This document shows, in pieces, positions 19,564-28,912 of a DNA stretch of 64,000 nt (position 1 is the first letter of the stretch; each line of letters starts with the position of its first letter). Source of the stretch: an uncultured delta proteobacterium (GTDB lineage Bacteria; Myxococcota; Myxococcia; Myxococcales; Myxococcaceae); assembly GCA_963796055.1 (NCBI GenBank), contig CAWCKH010000005.1:96001-160000 (forward strand), written 5' to 3'. Under the pieces are notes generated by a model. It searched no databases and was not told the origin of the DNA. It worked only from the letters and a program-made list of their open reading frames with translations. The position numbers and the translations under genes are program-made.

Positions 19564-22500
19564 GCGAGCGCTCCCGGGTGTGCGCCCTGGCTCTCCTCCA
19601 AGAAGCGCTCGTCCAGCCGGTGCGCGCGGGGCTCCTTGCGGCGGAGCACCGAGTAGATCACCGGGACGATGAACAGGGTCACGAAGGTGGCCACCAGCAG
19701 GCCGCCGATGACCGCGCGACCGAGCGGAGCGTTCTGCTCGCCGCCCTCCCCGAGCGCAAGGGCCATCGGCAGCATCCCCAGCACCATCGCCAGCGCGGTC
19801 ATCAGCACCGGGCGGAGCCGGATCTTGCCCGCCTCCAGCGCGGCCTCGAGCGGTCCGAGCTGCCGCTGGCTCCGGACCTCGTTGGCATAGGACACCAGGA
19901 GGATGCTGTTGGAGACCGCGATGCCCACCGCCATGATCGCGCCCATGAAGGACTCGACGTTGAGCGTGGTCCCGGTGACCCCCAGCATCCAGAGGATGCC
20001 CACCAGTGCGCCCGGCACGGCACCGAGGATGATGAACGGGTCCAGCCAGGACTGAAAGAGCACCACCATCAGCAGATAGACCAGCACCACCGCCAGGATG
20101 AGTCCCAGCCCGAGCGCGCTGAACGAGGTGCGCATGCTCTCGATCTGGCCGCGCACGGAGACCTTCATCCCCTTGGGAAGCTCGTGGAGCGAGTCGATGG
20201 CCTTCTGGATCTCCGCCGCCACCGACCCGAGATCGCGCCCCTCCGCCGCGGCCTGTACGTTGATCACCCGCTGGATGGTGGAGTGGTTGACCGAGGCGAG
20301 GGTCTTCCCCGGCGAGAGCTGAGCGAAGCTTCCGAGGTAGAGGCTGCCCGGGGACGAGGCGGCGTCGGTGAGTCCGCGGGTCAGCGTCTGGCGGAGCGGC
20401 TGGGAGCCGGCGACGGTGAGGGGAGTGGCGAGGAGGTCTCCGGTGCTCCGCATCAGCGGGAGCGGCGTCTGGACCGCGACGATGTAGTTCACGTTGTTCT
20501 GGGGGCTGAGCCAGAAGTTGGGGTTCACCAGGGAGCTGCTGCTCAGGGAGATGAGGAGGTTGTTCGCCACCTCGCGCTGCGAGAGCCCGACCTGCGCCGC
20601 ACGCAGCCGATCGACGTCCAGGTTCAGTGCCGGGTAGTCGAGCACCTGGGGAATGCGCACGTCGACGATGCCCGGGATGCGCCGCAAGCGCGCCGCGAGC
20701 TGCCGGCCGACGGTGAAACCCTTTTGCAGATCGTTGGACTCGATCACCACGTCGATCGGTGCGGGCAGCCCGAAGTTCAGCACCTGGGTGACGATGTCCG
20801 CCGGCTGGAAGTAGAGCGAGCTGCCAGGGAAGGCCTGCGCAAGCTCCTGGCGGATCTGCTTCATGTAGTCGCGGGTGGGGCGGTGGTCCGGCCTGAGCGA
20901 GATGAGGATCTCCGCGTCCTGGGGACCGATGTTGTCGGTGGAGACGAAACCCAGGTTGTACGAGAGTGGGACCCCGATGTTGTCGTTGAGCGAACCGAGC
21001 TCCGAGGCGGGGATGATCTCCCGGATCTTCCGCTCGGCCTCGAGCACCATCCGCTCGGTGTCGGTGATCCGGGTGCCGATCGGCGCCCGGAAGTGGAGCC
21101 GCATCAGGCCGGCGTCCACCTCGGGGAAGAAGTCGAGCCCGACGAATGCCGGGAGCGCCGCGGAGACCAGCACCACCACCCCGAAGGTGGCGAGCATCCA
21201 GTTCCGGTGGTGGAGCGCCACGTCGAGCAGCCGCCCGTAGGTGGACTGGAAACGCTCGTAGCCGTGGTCTCTCCAGCGGTTGAAGCGGGCGAAGGGGCCG
21301 GTGCCCTCCGTCTCCGAGTGGGCGTCCTCCCGTTCGAGCAATCGCGCCAGGGCCGGCACCAGGGTCCGGCTGAGGACGTAGGAGGCGAGCATGGAGAACA
21401 CGACCGCCACCGCCAGCGGGGTGAAGAGGTAGCGCGCCGGCCCGGTGAGCAGCACCACCGGGAAGAAGACGATGCAGATGGTGAGCGTGGCTGCCAGCGC
21501 CGGGGTGGCAACCTCGTGCGCTCCATCGAGGATGGCCACGGTCAGCCGTTTCCCGGCGGCACGGTTGCGGTGAATGCTCTCCACCGCCACGGTCGCATCA
21601 TCCACCAGCATGCCGATGGCCAGGGCCAGGCCTCCCAGGGTCATGAGGTTCAGGGTGTTGCCGGTGGCGAAGAGGCCGGCGATGCCCACCAGGATGGCCA
21701 GGGGGATGGAGCTGGAGACGATGGCCACGCTCCGGAAGCTCCCCAGGAAGAAGAGGATCATCAGCGAGACCAGGATGGAGCTGATGACCGCCTCGTGAAG
21801 CACGTTGGAGAGCGCGGCCCGGACGAAGATCGACTGGTCGAAGTCGAGCTTTAGCGCGATGCCGTCCGGCGCGGTGGCCTGGATGGACGGGAGCAGGTCC
21901 TTCACCCCGTCCACCACCGCCAGGGTGCCAGCGTTGGAGTGCTTGAGGATGACGATGTAGCTGGCCCGCTTGCCGTCGATGTGAACGATGTTCTGCTGGA
22001 CCGCGAATCCGTCCCGGACGTGGGCCACGTCCCGGAGGAGCACCGGGGCCCCGTTCACCACCTTGACCGGGAGCGCATTGAACTGGTCGACGGTCGCGGG
22101 GCTGGAGTTGAGCTTGACGTTGTACTCGGTCGAGCCGATCTGCGCGCTTCCCGCCGGGATGATGACGTTGGATTGGAGGAGTGCAGTGACCACGTCGGTG
22201 GGGCTCAGCCCCTTGGCGGCGGTGGCCCGCGGGTCGACGTCGACCATGATCTGCCGCTGCTTGCCGCCGTAGGGTCCGGGGATGGAGGTTCCCGGGATGG
22301 TGAACAGCCGCACCCGGAGGAAGTTGAGACCGTAGTCAAAGAGCTGTTGCTCGCCGGCGGTATTGCTGCTGACGGTGATCTGGGCCACCGGGACGTTGCC
22401 GGCGTTGAACCGGAGCACGATCGGAGGCTGGATGCCCGAAGGCATGATCCGGCTGGCGGTGAGGGAGACCGAGGTGATCTGCGCGATGGCGGTCCCCAGG

Positions 22501-22802
22501 TCGGCGTCCGGCTCGAAGTAGAGCTTGAGCAGCCCCACCCCGGCAATGGACTGAGACTCGATGTGGCTGATGCCATCGATGGTGGTGGAGTAGGCCCGCT
22601 CGCTGATCAGGACGATGCGCCGCTCCATGTCCTCGGCCGAGAGCCCGGGGTAGTTCCACACCACGATGACCACCGGGATGTCGATCGACGGAAAGATGTC
22701 GGTCCGCATCCTTGTGACCGAGAGCAGCCCGGCGATGAAGATCAGCGCCGAGAAGACGGCCACGGTGTAGGGCCGGCGAAGCGCCAGCCGGACGATCCAC
22801 AT
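19560..22802 (-). CDS. RND efflux permease (AcrB/AcrD/AcrF superfamily)
   Basis: 1080 aa; MWIVRLALRRPYT, GMLVDDATV and RLRPVLMTALAMVLGMLPMAL. ATGA-coupled to the MFP gene. Confidence 0.95.
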   Translation of the reverse strand: MWIVRLALRRPYTVAVFSALIFIAGLLSVTRMRTDIFPSIDIPVVIVVWNYPGLSAEDMERRIVLISERAYSTTIDGISHIESQSIAGVGLLKLYFEPDADLGTAIAQITSVSLTASRIMPSGIQPPIVLRFNAGNVPVAQITVSSNTAGEQQLFDYGLNFLRVRLFTIPGTSIPGPYGGKQRQIMVDVDPRATAAKGLSPTDVVTALLQSNVIIPAGSAQIGSTEYNVKLNSSPATVDQFNALPVKVVNGAPVLLRDVAHVRDGFAVQQNIVHIDGKRASYIVILKHSNAGTLAVVDGVKDLLPSIQATAPDGIALKLDFDQSIFVRAALSNVLHEAVISSILVSLMILFFLGSFRSVAIVSSSIPLAILVGIAGLFATGNTLNLMTLGGLALAIGMLVDDATVAVESIHRNRAAGKRLTVAILDGAHEVATPALAATLTICIVFFPVVLLTGPARYLFTPLAVAVVFSMLASYVLSRTLVPALARLLEREDAHSETEGTGPFARFNRWRDHGYERFQSTYGRLLDVALHHRNWMLATFGVVVLVSAALPAFVGLDFFPEVDAGLMRLHFRAPIGTRITDTERMVLEAERKIREIIPASELGSLNDNIGVPLSYNLGFVSTDNIGPQDAEILISLRPDHRPTRDYMKQIRQELAQAFPGSSLYFQPADIVTQVLNFGLPAPIDVVIESNDLQKGFTVGRQLAARLRRIPGIVDVRIPQVLDYPALNLDVDRLRAAQVGLSQREVANNLLISLSSSSLVNPNFWLSPQNNVNYIVAVQTPLPLMRSTGDLLATPLTVAGSQPLRQTLTRGLTDAASSPGSLYLGSFAQLSPGKTLASVNHSTIQRVINVQAAAEGRDLGSVAAEIQKAIDSLHELPKGMKVSVRGQIESMRTSFSALGLGLILAVVLVYLLMVVLFQSWLDPFIILGAVPGALVGILWMLGVTGTTLNVESFMGAIMAVGIAVSNSILLVSYANEVRSQRQLGPLEAALEAGKIRLRPVLMTALAMVLGMLPMALALGEGGEQNAPLGRAVIGGLLVATFVTLFIVPVIYSVLRRKEPRAHRLDERFLEESQGAHPGALA

Positions 22803-22910
22803 GAGAGACCCCGACCCTCCAGAACGAAGCTTCGTACTAACGCTGGCCTGGACGCGAGCCCACCCGTCTACACATGGGAGACACGCGCTCCGCGCACCGG
22901 GGAAGGTTTC

Positions 22911-22922
22911 TTGTGATCACAA
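22911..22922. promoter_or_regulatory. Perfect 12-bp palindrome TTGTGATCACAA in the divergent efflux promoter region
   Basis: AT-rich self-complementary 12-mer in GC-rich DNA, midway between the divergent RND and TolC starts. Confidence 0.5.
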
Positions 22923-23013
22923 CGTTTCCTGCACCCGGGTGTCGGGCCTCGGAACGGTGGACGATCCCCAGGAAAAAGATGCGCTCCGGCCCGGACTGGA
23001 GCATGAGGGGGCC

Positions 23014-24402
23014 GTGCTCACCCGCACTGCCCTTCTCGTCCTCGCTCTGGCAGCCGTTCCCGGGGGCGCCCGGGCACAGTCGACCCCCCCGGACGCCGGT
23101 ACAGCCCCGGTGATGCAAGTGCCCCTCCGCTCACCGGCGGAGCCTTCCCCCGACGCCCCCAACGTGCTGCACCTGGTCGACGCCGTGCAGGCCGCCCTCC
23201 AGAACCAGCCGCAGCTCGTCGAGGCCCGGGCCAACGCCGCGGCCGCCGAGGGCCGGGTCATCCAGGCCCGCTCGCCCCTGCTCCCCCAGGTGACCCCGCA
23301 GGCCTCGTGGACCCGGAGCTACCGCGCCCTCACCTCCGTCGCCACCGGCGGCACCGGGACCACCGCCAACACGGCGGTGTGCGTCACCAGCGCATGCAAC
23401 ACCTGGCGCTTCGGGGTGGCAGGTACCCAGACCCTCTTCGACCCCTCCACCTGGGCTGGTTGGGAGTCCTCGCAGCGGCTCGCCGAGTCGCTGAACGCCA
23501 CCGCGGCCGCCACACTGAACAACGTCATCCTGAACGTCCGCGTCTTCTACTTCCAGGCCCGTGCCACCCGGGACCTGGTCTGGGTGGCCGATCAGACCCT
23601 GAAGAACCAGATCACCCACCAGCAGCAAGTCGAGGGCTTCGTTCGGGTGGGAACCCGTCCGGAGATCGATCTCGCCCTGGCGAGGCTGAACGTCGCCAAC
23701 GCCCGGGTGCAGCTGATCAATGCCCAGAACAACGACCGGATCGCCAAGGCCCAGCTCAATCAAGCAATGGGGTTGCCTCAGGGCACCGACTACCAGGTCG
23801 CCGGAGACGAGCTGGCGCCCCTCGACGTGGAGGACCGGCCGCTGACCTTCCTGTTTGACCAGGCGCTCGCCTCCCGTCCGGAGATCGCCTCGTTCGACTA
23901 CGCGAGGCAGGCCTCGGGCAAGGCGCTCGACTCGGCCCGGTGGGGCTGGAGCCCGACCATCGGGTTCAGCGGGAGCTACTACAAGGCGGGGCCGGAGCTG
24001 GACGCGCTGGCGGACAGCTGGGCCTTCGGATTCACCCTGACCTGGCAATTGCTCCAGGGAGGCCTCACCGTCGGCCGGGTGCGCGAGGCCGAGCAAAATC
24101 TCGTGTCCTCGACGGCTGCCCTCACCGGCGAGCAGCTTCAAGTCCGGTTCGACGTCGAGCAGGCCCAGGCCACACTCCTCGGCAACAGGGAGAGCGTGGT
24201 CGCCTCCCAGGACGCGGTGGACAACGCCCGGGAGCAGCTCCGGCTGGCCGAGGGCCGGTACCAGGCCGGGGTGGGCACCATCATCGAGCTCAGCGACGCC
24301 CAGGTGCAGCTGACCACCGCCGCGGCGCAGCTGGTCCAGGCGCAGTACAATCTCTCCACCGCGCGAGCCCGGCTGCTGGCCGCGCTCGGCCGGCAGGAGT
24401 GA
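23014..24402 (+). CDS. TolC-family outer membrane efflux protein
   Basis: GTG start after GAGGGG; signal peptide ending ARA; two OEP repeats, e.g. AEGRYQAGVGTIIELSDAQ. Confidence 0.9.
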   Translation: MLTRTALLVLALAAVPGGARAQSTPPDAGTAPVMQVPLRSPAEPSPDAPNVLHLVDAVQAALQNQPQLVEARANAAAAEGRVIQARSPLLPQVTPQASWTRSYRALTSVATGGTGTTANTAVCVTSACNTWRFGVAGTQTLFDPSTWAGWESSQRLAESLNATAAATLNNVILNVRVFYFQARATRDLVWVADQTLKNQITHQQQVEGFVRVGTRPEIDLALARLNVANARVQLINAQNNDRIAKAQLNQAMGLPQGTDYQVAGDELAPLDVEDRPLTFLFDQALASRPEIASFDYARQASGKALDSARWGWSPTIGFSGSYYKAGPELDALADSWAFGFTLTWQLLQGGLTVGRVREAEQNLVSSTAALTGEQLQVRFDVEQAQATLLGNRESVVASQDAVDNAREQLRLAEGRYQAGVGTIIELSDAQVQLTTAAAQLVQAQYNLSTARARLLAALGRQE

Positions 24403-24404
24403 CC

Positions 24405-25796
24405 GTGGCCGAGACTTCCCCCGAGCAGCCGCCCCCACCCGGGTCCCCGGCATCAGGGGCGGCCCGCCGTTCGCGCCGGTGGGTCCTGGTCGGCATTGCC
24501 GTCCTGATCGTCCTGGGCATCGTGCTCCTCCGGCGGGGCAAGGGCGACGGCTCCAAGGGCCCCGGGGGCGGGGCCCAGGCCCGGGTCGTGCCGGTGGGCG
24601 TCTCGGCGGCGGAAAAGCGCGACGTGCCCATCTGGGTGGAGGGCCTGGGCAACGTCACCTCGCTCGCCACCGTCACGGTGCGCGCCCGGGTGAGCGGGCA
24701 GATCGTCTCCATCGCCTTCCAGGAGGGCGCCCGGGTCAAGCAGGGGGAGCGGCTGGTGCAGGTGGATCCGCGGCCGTTCAAGATCGCACTGCAGCAGGCG
24801 GAGGCCACCAGCGCCCGGGACCTGGCGACACTGAAGAACGCCGAGCGCGACCTGGCGCGCTACAACGACCTCGCCTCCCAGAAGCTCATCTCCCAGCAGC
24901 AGCTCGACCAGCAGCGGGCCACCGTGGACGCCGCCCGGGCGACGCTGGCCCTCGACCAGGCGGCGGTGAACAACGCCCGGCTCAACCTCCAGTTCTCCAG
25001 CGTCACCTCGCCCATCGACGGCATCGCCGGCGTCCGGCAGGTGGACCTGGGGAACCTGGTCACTTCCACCGACGCGAACGGCATCGTGGTGCTCACCCAG
25101 ATGGACCCCATCGCAGTGCTCTTCACCCTCCCCCAGGACGACCTCCCGCGGGTGTCGGAGGCGTTCTCCCGGGGTCAGCTCCTGGTCGAGGCCTGGGACC
25201 GCAGCGGTCTGGCGAAGCTGGGCACCGGCAAGCTGACGGTCATCGACAACCAGGTGAACCCCGGCACCGGCACCATCCGTCTCAAGGCCGAGTTCCCCAA
25301 CCCCGAGCTTCGCCTCTGGCCGAGCCTGTTCGTGAAGGCGCGGATGCGCCTGCAGACGCGCCAGGGGGTGGTGGTCGTCCCCACGCCCGCGGTCCAGCGC
25401 GGTCCGAACGGCACGTTCGTCTACGTGGTCGGCCCCGACAGCACGGTGGCGGTGCGAACCGTGCAGCTGGACACCACCCAGGGATCGCTGACCATCGTCG
25501 CCCAGGGCATCCAGACCGGTGAGCGGGTGGTGGTGGACGGGCAGAACCAGCTCCGCGCCGGAGCCAAGGTGGATCCCCGGCCGGTGCCGATGCCGGCGAC
25601 GCCGGGCGAGCAGCAGCCGCCGCAGGCCGCGCCGCGCTCCCAGGCCGAGGGCGGCACGCCGGACGCCCAGGGGCAGCGGTCGCCGGCACCCGCGCAGGGA
25701 GCGCAGTCGGGGCAGCCCCGGCCCGACGAGACACCGCAGCAGCGGCAGGCCCGTCAGTCACAGCAGGGGGCGCCGCGCGAAGCGAGCGTGCAGTGA
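24405..25796 (+). CDS. mdtA: MdtA/MuxA-like RND periplasmic adaptor
   Basis: TVTVRARVSGQI, SPIDGIAGVRQVDLGNLV, IDNQVNPGTGTIRLKA and AVQRGPNG; Q/P-rich tail. Start GTG 24405 or 24399. Confidence 0.88.
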   Translation: MAETSPEQPPPPGSPASGAARRSRRWVLVGIAVLIVLGIVLLRRGKGDGSKGPGGGAQARVVPVGVSAAEKRDVPIWVEGLGNVTSLATVTVRARVSGQIVSIAFQEGARVKQGERLVQVDPRPFKIALQQAEATSARDLATLKNAERDLARYNDLASQKLISQQQLDQQRATVDAARATLALDQAAVNNARLNLQFSSVTSPIDGIAGVRQVDLGNLVTSTDANGIVVLTQMDPIAVLFTLPQDDLPRVSEAFSRGQLLVEAWDRSGLAKLGTGKLTVIDNQVNPGTGTIRLKAEFPNPELRLWPSLFVKARMRLQTRQGVVVVPTPAVQRGPNGTFVYVVGPDSTVAVRTVQLDTTQGSLTIVAQGIQTGERVVVDGQNQLRAGAKVDPRPVPMPATPGEQQPPQAAPRSQAEGGTPDAQGQRSPAPAQGAQSGQPRPDETPQQRQARQSQQGAPREASVQ

Positions 25797-28700
25797 GCAT
25801 CAGCGAGCCGTTCATCCGTCGGCCGGTGGGGACCACGCTTCTCACCGTGGGCCTGACCCTGGCCGGGCTGGTCGCCTTCCGGCAGCTGCCCATCTCCGCG
25901 CTGCCGCAGGTCGACTACCCCACCATCGTGGTCTCCACCACCTTCCCCGGCGCCTCGGCGGAGACGATGGCCTCCAGCGTCACCGCACCGCTGGAGCGTC
26001 AGTTCGGGCAGATCCCCTCGCTGGCGCAGATGACCAGCGTGAGCAGCGCGACCAGCTCGCAGGTCACGCTCCAGTTCACGCTGGACCGGAACATCGACTC
26101 GGCCCAGCAGGACGTGCAGGCGGCGATCAACGCGGCCTCCAGCGTTCTCCCGGCCAACCTCCCCGCGCCGCCCACCTACAGCAAGAGCAACCCGGCGGAC
26201 GTCCCCATCCTCACCCTGGCGATCTCTTCCGAGACGCTCCCGCTGCCGAGGGTCAACGACTACGCGGACAGCATCCTGGCCCAGAAGATCAGCCAGGTCT
26301 CCGGGGTGGGTCTGGTGACACTGGGCGGTGCGCAGCGGCCGGCGGTCCGGGTGCAGGTCGATCCCGAGGCACTCGCCGGCACCGGGCTCACCCTGGAGGA
26401 CGTCCGCACGGCGCTGGTCGCGGCGAACATCAACGCCCCCAAGGGCACGCTGGACACCCCGCGCCAGGAGTACACCCTGGCCACCGACGACCAGCTCGGC
26501 GATGCGAAGTCCTTCGCCCCGATCGTCCTGGCCTACAAGAACGGCGCGCCACTGCGGCTCCAGGACGTGGCGGCCGCAGTCGACGGGGTGGAGAACGCGC
26601 AGCTCGCCGGCTGGGCCAACGAGCGGCGAGCGATTATCCTGAACGTTCAGCGTCAGCCGGGGGCCAACGTCATCCAGGTCGCGGACCGGGTGAAGGCGCT
26701 CCTGCCCCAGCTCGAGGCGAGCCTGCCGCAGGGCATCCACGTGTCGATCCTCAGCGACCGGACCGAGACCGTCCGGGCCAGCGTGGCGGACGTGGAGTTC
26801 ACCCTGGTGCTGACCATCTTCCTGGTGGTGGCGGTCATGTACCTCTTCCTGCGGAATCTGCGGGCCACCACCATCCCCGGCATCACGGTGCCCCTCAGCC
26901 TGATCGGCACCTTCGGGCTGATGTACCTGCTGGGGTACAGCCTGAACAACCTGTCGCTGATGGCGCTCACCATCTCCACCGGCTTCGTGGTCGACGACGC
27001 CATCGTGATGATCGAGAACATCAGCCGCTTGATCGAGGAGGGCGAGTCTCCCTTCCGGGCGGCGCTCAAGGGGGCCGGGCAGATCGGCTTCACCATCGTC
27101 TCGCTCACCGTGTCGCTGGTGGCGGTGCTGGTGCCGCTGCTCTTCATGACCGGGCTCATCGGCCGGCTCTTCCGCGAGTTCGCGGTGACGCTCTCGCTGG
27201 CGATCGGGGTCTCGGCGCTGCTCTCGCTGACGCTCACCCCGATGATGTGCGCCTGGATCCTCAAGCCCGAGCCGCCTCCGGAGCAGCGCGGGCGCTTCTA
27301 CGCCTGGAGCGAGCGAACCTTCGAGCGGGTCATCGCCTCCTACGGCCGCGGCGTGGACTGGGTGCTCCGGCACCAGCCGCTCACCCTGGCGATCACCGTC
27401 GGCACCTTCCTGCTCACCGTGGTGCTGGCGCTGATCATTCCCAAGGGCTTCTTCCCGGTGCAGGACACCGGGCTCCTCACCGGCATCACCGAGGCCGGTC
27501 CCGACGTGAGCTTCGGCCGGATGTCCGTGCTGCAACAGGAGGTAGTCAGGGTCGTCCGGGAAGATCCCGACGTGGCCGGAGTGGCCTCGTTCATCGGCGC
27601 CGACGGGAACAACCCGACCACCAGCAGCGGTCGTCTGTCGATCGCCCTGAAGCCGCGCGGGGACCGAAAGGCCAGCGCGACCCAGATCATCGCCCGGCTC
27701 CAGCCGAGGCTGGCGCAGGTGGCGGGCATCTCCACCTATCTCCAGGCGGTGCAGGACCTCCAGATCGAGACCCGCCAGAGCCGCACGCCCTACCAGTACA
27801 CGCTGGAGGACGCCGACCCAAGCGAGCTGGCCGAGTGGGCCCCCCGGCTCCTGGCCAGCCTCCGCGCGCTGCCCGAGCTGAAGAGCGTGGCCACCGACCA
27901 GCTGGGCCACGGGCCGGTGACCTTGCTCAACATCGACCGGGACACCGCCTCACGACTGGGCATCTCCACCCAGGCCATCGACGACACGCTGTATGACGCG
28001 TTCGGCCAGCGGCAGGTCTCGATCATCTTCACCCAGCTGAACCTCTACCGGGTGATCCTGGAGGTGAACCCCGAGCTGGCCAAGGGCCCGCGGGCGCTGG
28101 ACCGGATCTACGTGCGCAACGTCAACGGCAGCCCGGTTCCGCTCTCGGCGGTGGTGCAGCGGGTGGAGACCACCGCGCCGCTCACCGTGAACCATCAGGG
28201 CCAGTTCCCGTCGGTCACCCTCTCCTTCGACACCGCGCCCGGGCACTCCCTCGGGGCGGCGGTCAAGGCCATTCGCCAGGCCACGGATTCTCTGGGTCTG
28301 CCGCGCGGGATGAAGGCCAGCTTCCAGGGTACGGCACAGGAGTTCCGCGACAGCCTGGCGAACGAGCCGATCCTGGTCCTGGCCGCGCTGATCACCGTCT
28401 ACATCGTCCTGGGCGTCCTCTACGAGAGCTACATCCATCCCATCACCATCCTCTCCAGCTTGCCCTCGGCAGGGGTAGGCGCGCTGCTGGCGCTGATGCT
28501 GTGCGGGATGGAGTTCGACATCGTGGCCCTGATCGGGATCGTGCTCCTGATCGGCATCGTCAAGAAGAACGCGATCATGATGATCGACTTCGCGCTGCAG
28601 GCCGAGCGTGAGGAGAAGCTCTCCCCCCTCGAGTCGATCAAGAAGGCCTGCTTGCTGCGTTTCCGGCCGATCATGATGACCAGCTTCGCCGCGCTCCTCG

Positions 28701-28912
28701 GCGGACTCCCCCTGGCGCTCGAGGGCGGCACCGGGAGTGAGCTCCGGAGGCCGCTCGGGGTCAGCATCGTGGGCGGCCTGCTCATCAGCCAGGTGCTCAC
28801 CCTGTACACCACCCCCGTCATCTACCTGTACATGGAGCGCTTCGGCCGCTGGCTCGCTGCACGCCGCCACCCGGGCAAGGCGACGACCGCGCCCGAGGGA
28901 GCGCCGGGGTGA
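25793..28912 (+). CDS. mdtB: MdtB/MuxB-like RND permease
   Basis: FIRRPVGTTLL, LPQVDYPTI, TGFVVDDAIV and GIVKKNAIMMIDFAL; first of a heteromeric permease pair. Confidence 0.9.
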   Translation: MSISEPFIRRPVGTTLLTVGLTLAGLVAFRQLPISALPQVDYPTIVVSTTFPGASAETMASSVTAPLERQFGQIPSLAQMTSVSSATSSQVTLQFTLDRNIDSAQQDVQAAINAASSVLPANLPAPPTYSKSNPADVPILTLAISSETLPLPRVNDYADSILAQKISQVSGVGLVTLGGAQRPAVRVQVDPEALAGTGLTLEDVRTALVAANINAPKGTLDTPRQEYTLATDDQLGDAKSFAPIVLAYKNGAPLRLQDVAAAVDGVENAQLAGWANERRAIILNVQRQPGANVIQVADRVKALLPQLEASLPQGIHVSILSDRTETVRASVADVEFTLVLTIFLVVAVMYLFLRNLRATTIPGITVPLSLIGTFGLMYLLGYSLNNLSLMALTISTGFVVDDAIVMIENISRLIEEGESPFRAALKGAGQIGFTIVSLTVSLVAVLVPLLFMTGLIGRLFREFAVTLSLAIGVSALLSLTLTPMMCAWILKPEPPPEQRGRFYAWSERTFERVIASYGRGVDWVLRHQPLTLAITVGTFLLTVVLALIIPKGFFPVQDTGLLTGITEAGPDVSFGRMSVLQQEVVRVVREDPDVAGVASFIGADGNNPTTSSGRLSIALKPRGDRKASATQIIARLQPRLAQVAGISTYLQAVQDLQIETRQSRTPYQYTLEDADPSELAEWAPRLLASLRALPELKSVATDQLGHGPVTLLNIDRDTASRLGISTQAIDDTLYDAFGQRQVSIIFTQLNLYRVILEVNPELAKGPRALDRIYVRNVNGSPVPLSAVVQRVETTAPLTVNHQGQFPSVTLSFDTAPGHSLGAAVKAIRQATDSLGLPRGMKASFQGTAQEFRDSLANEPILVLAALITVYIVLGVLYESYIHPITILSSLPSAGVGALLALMLCGMEFDIVALIGIVLLIGIVKKNAIMMIDFALQAEREEKLSPLESIKKACLLRFRPIMMTSFAALLGGLPLALEGGTGSELRRPLGVSIVGGLLISQVLTLYTTPVIYLYMERFGRWLAARRHPGKATTAPEGAPG

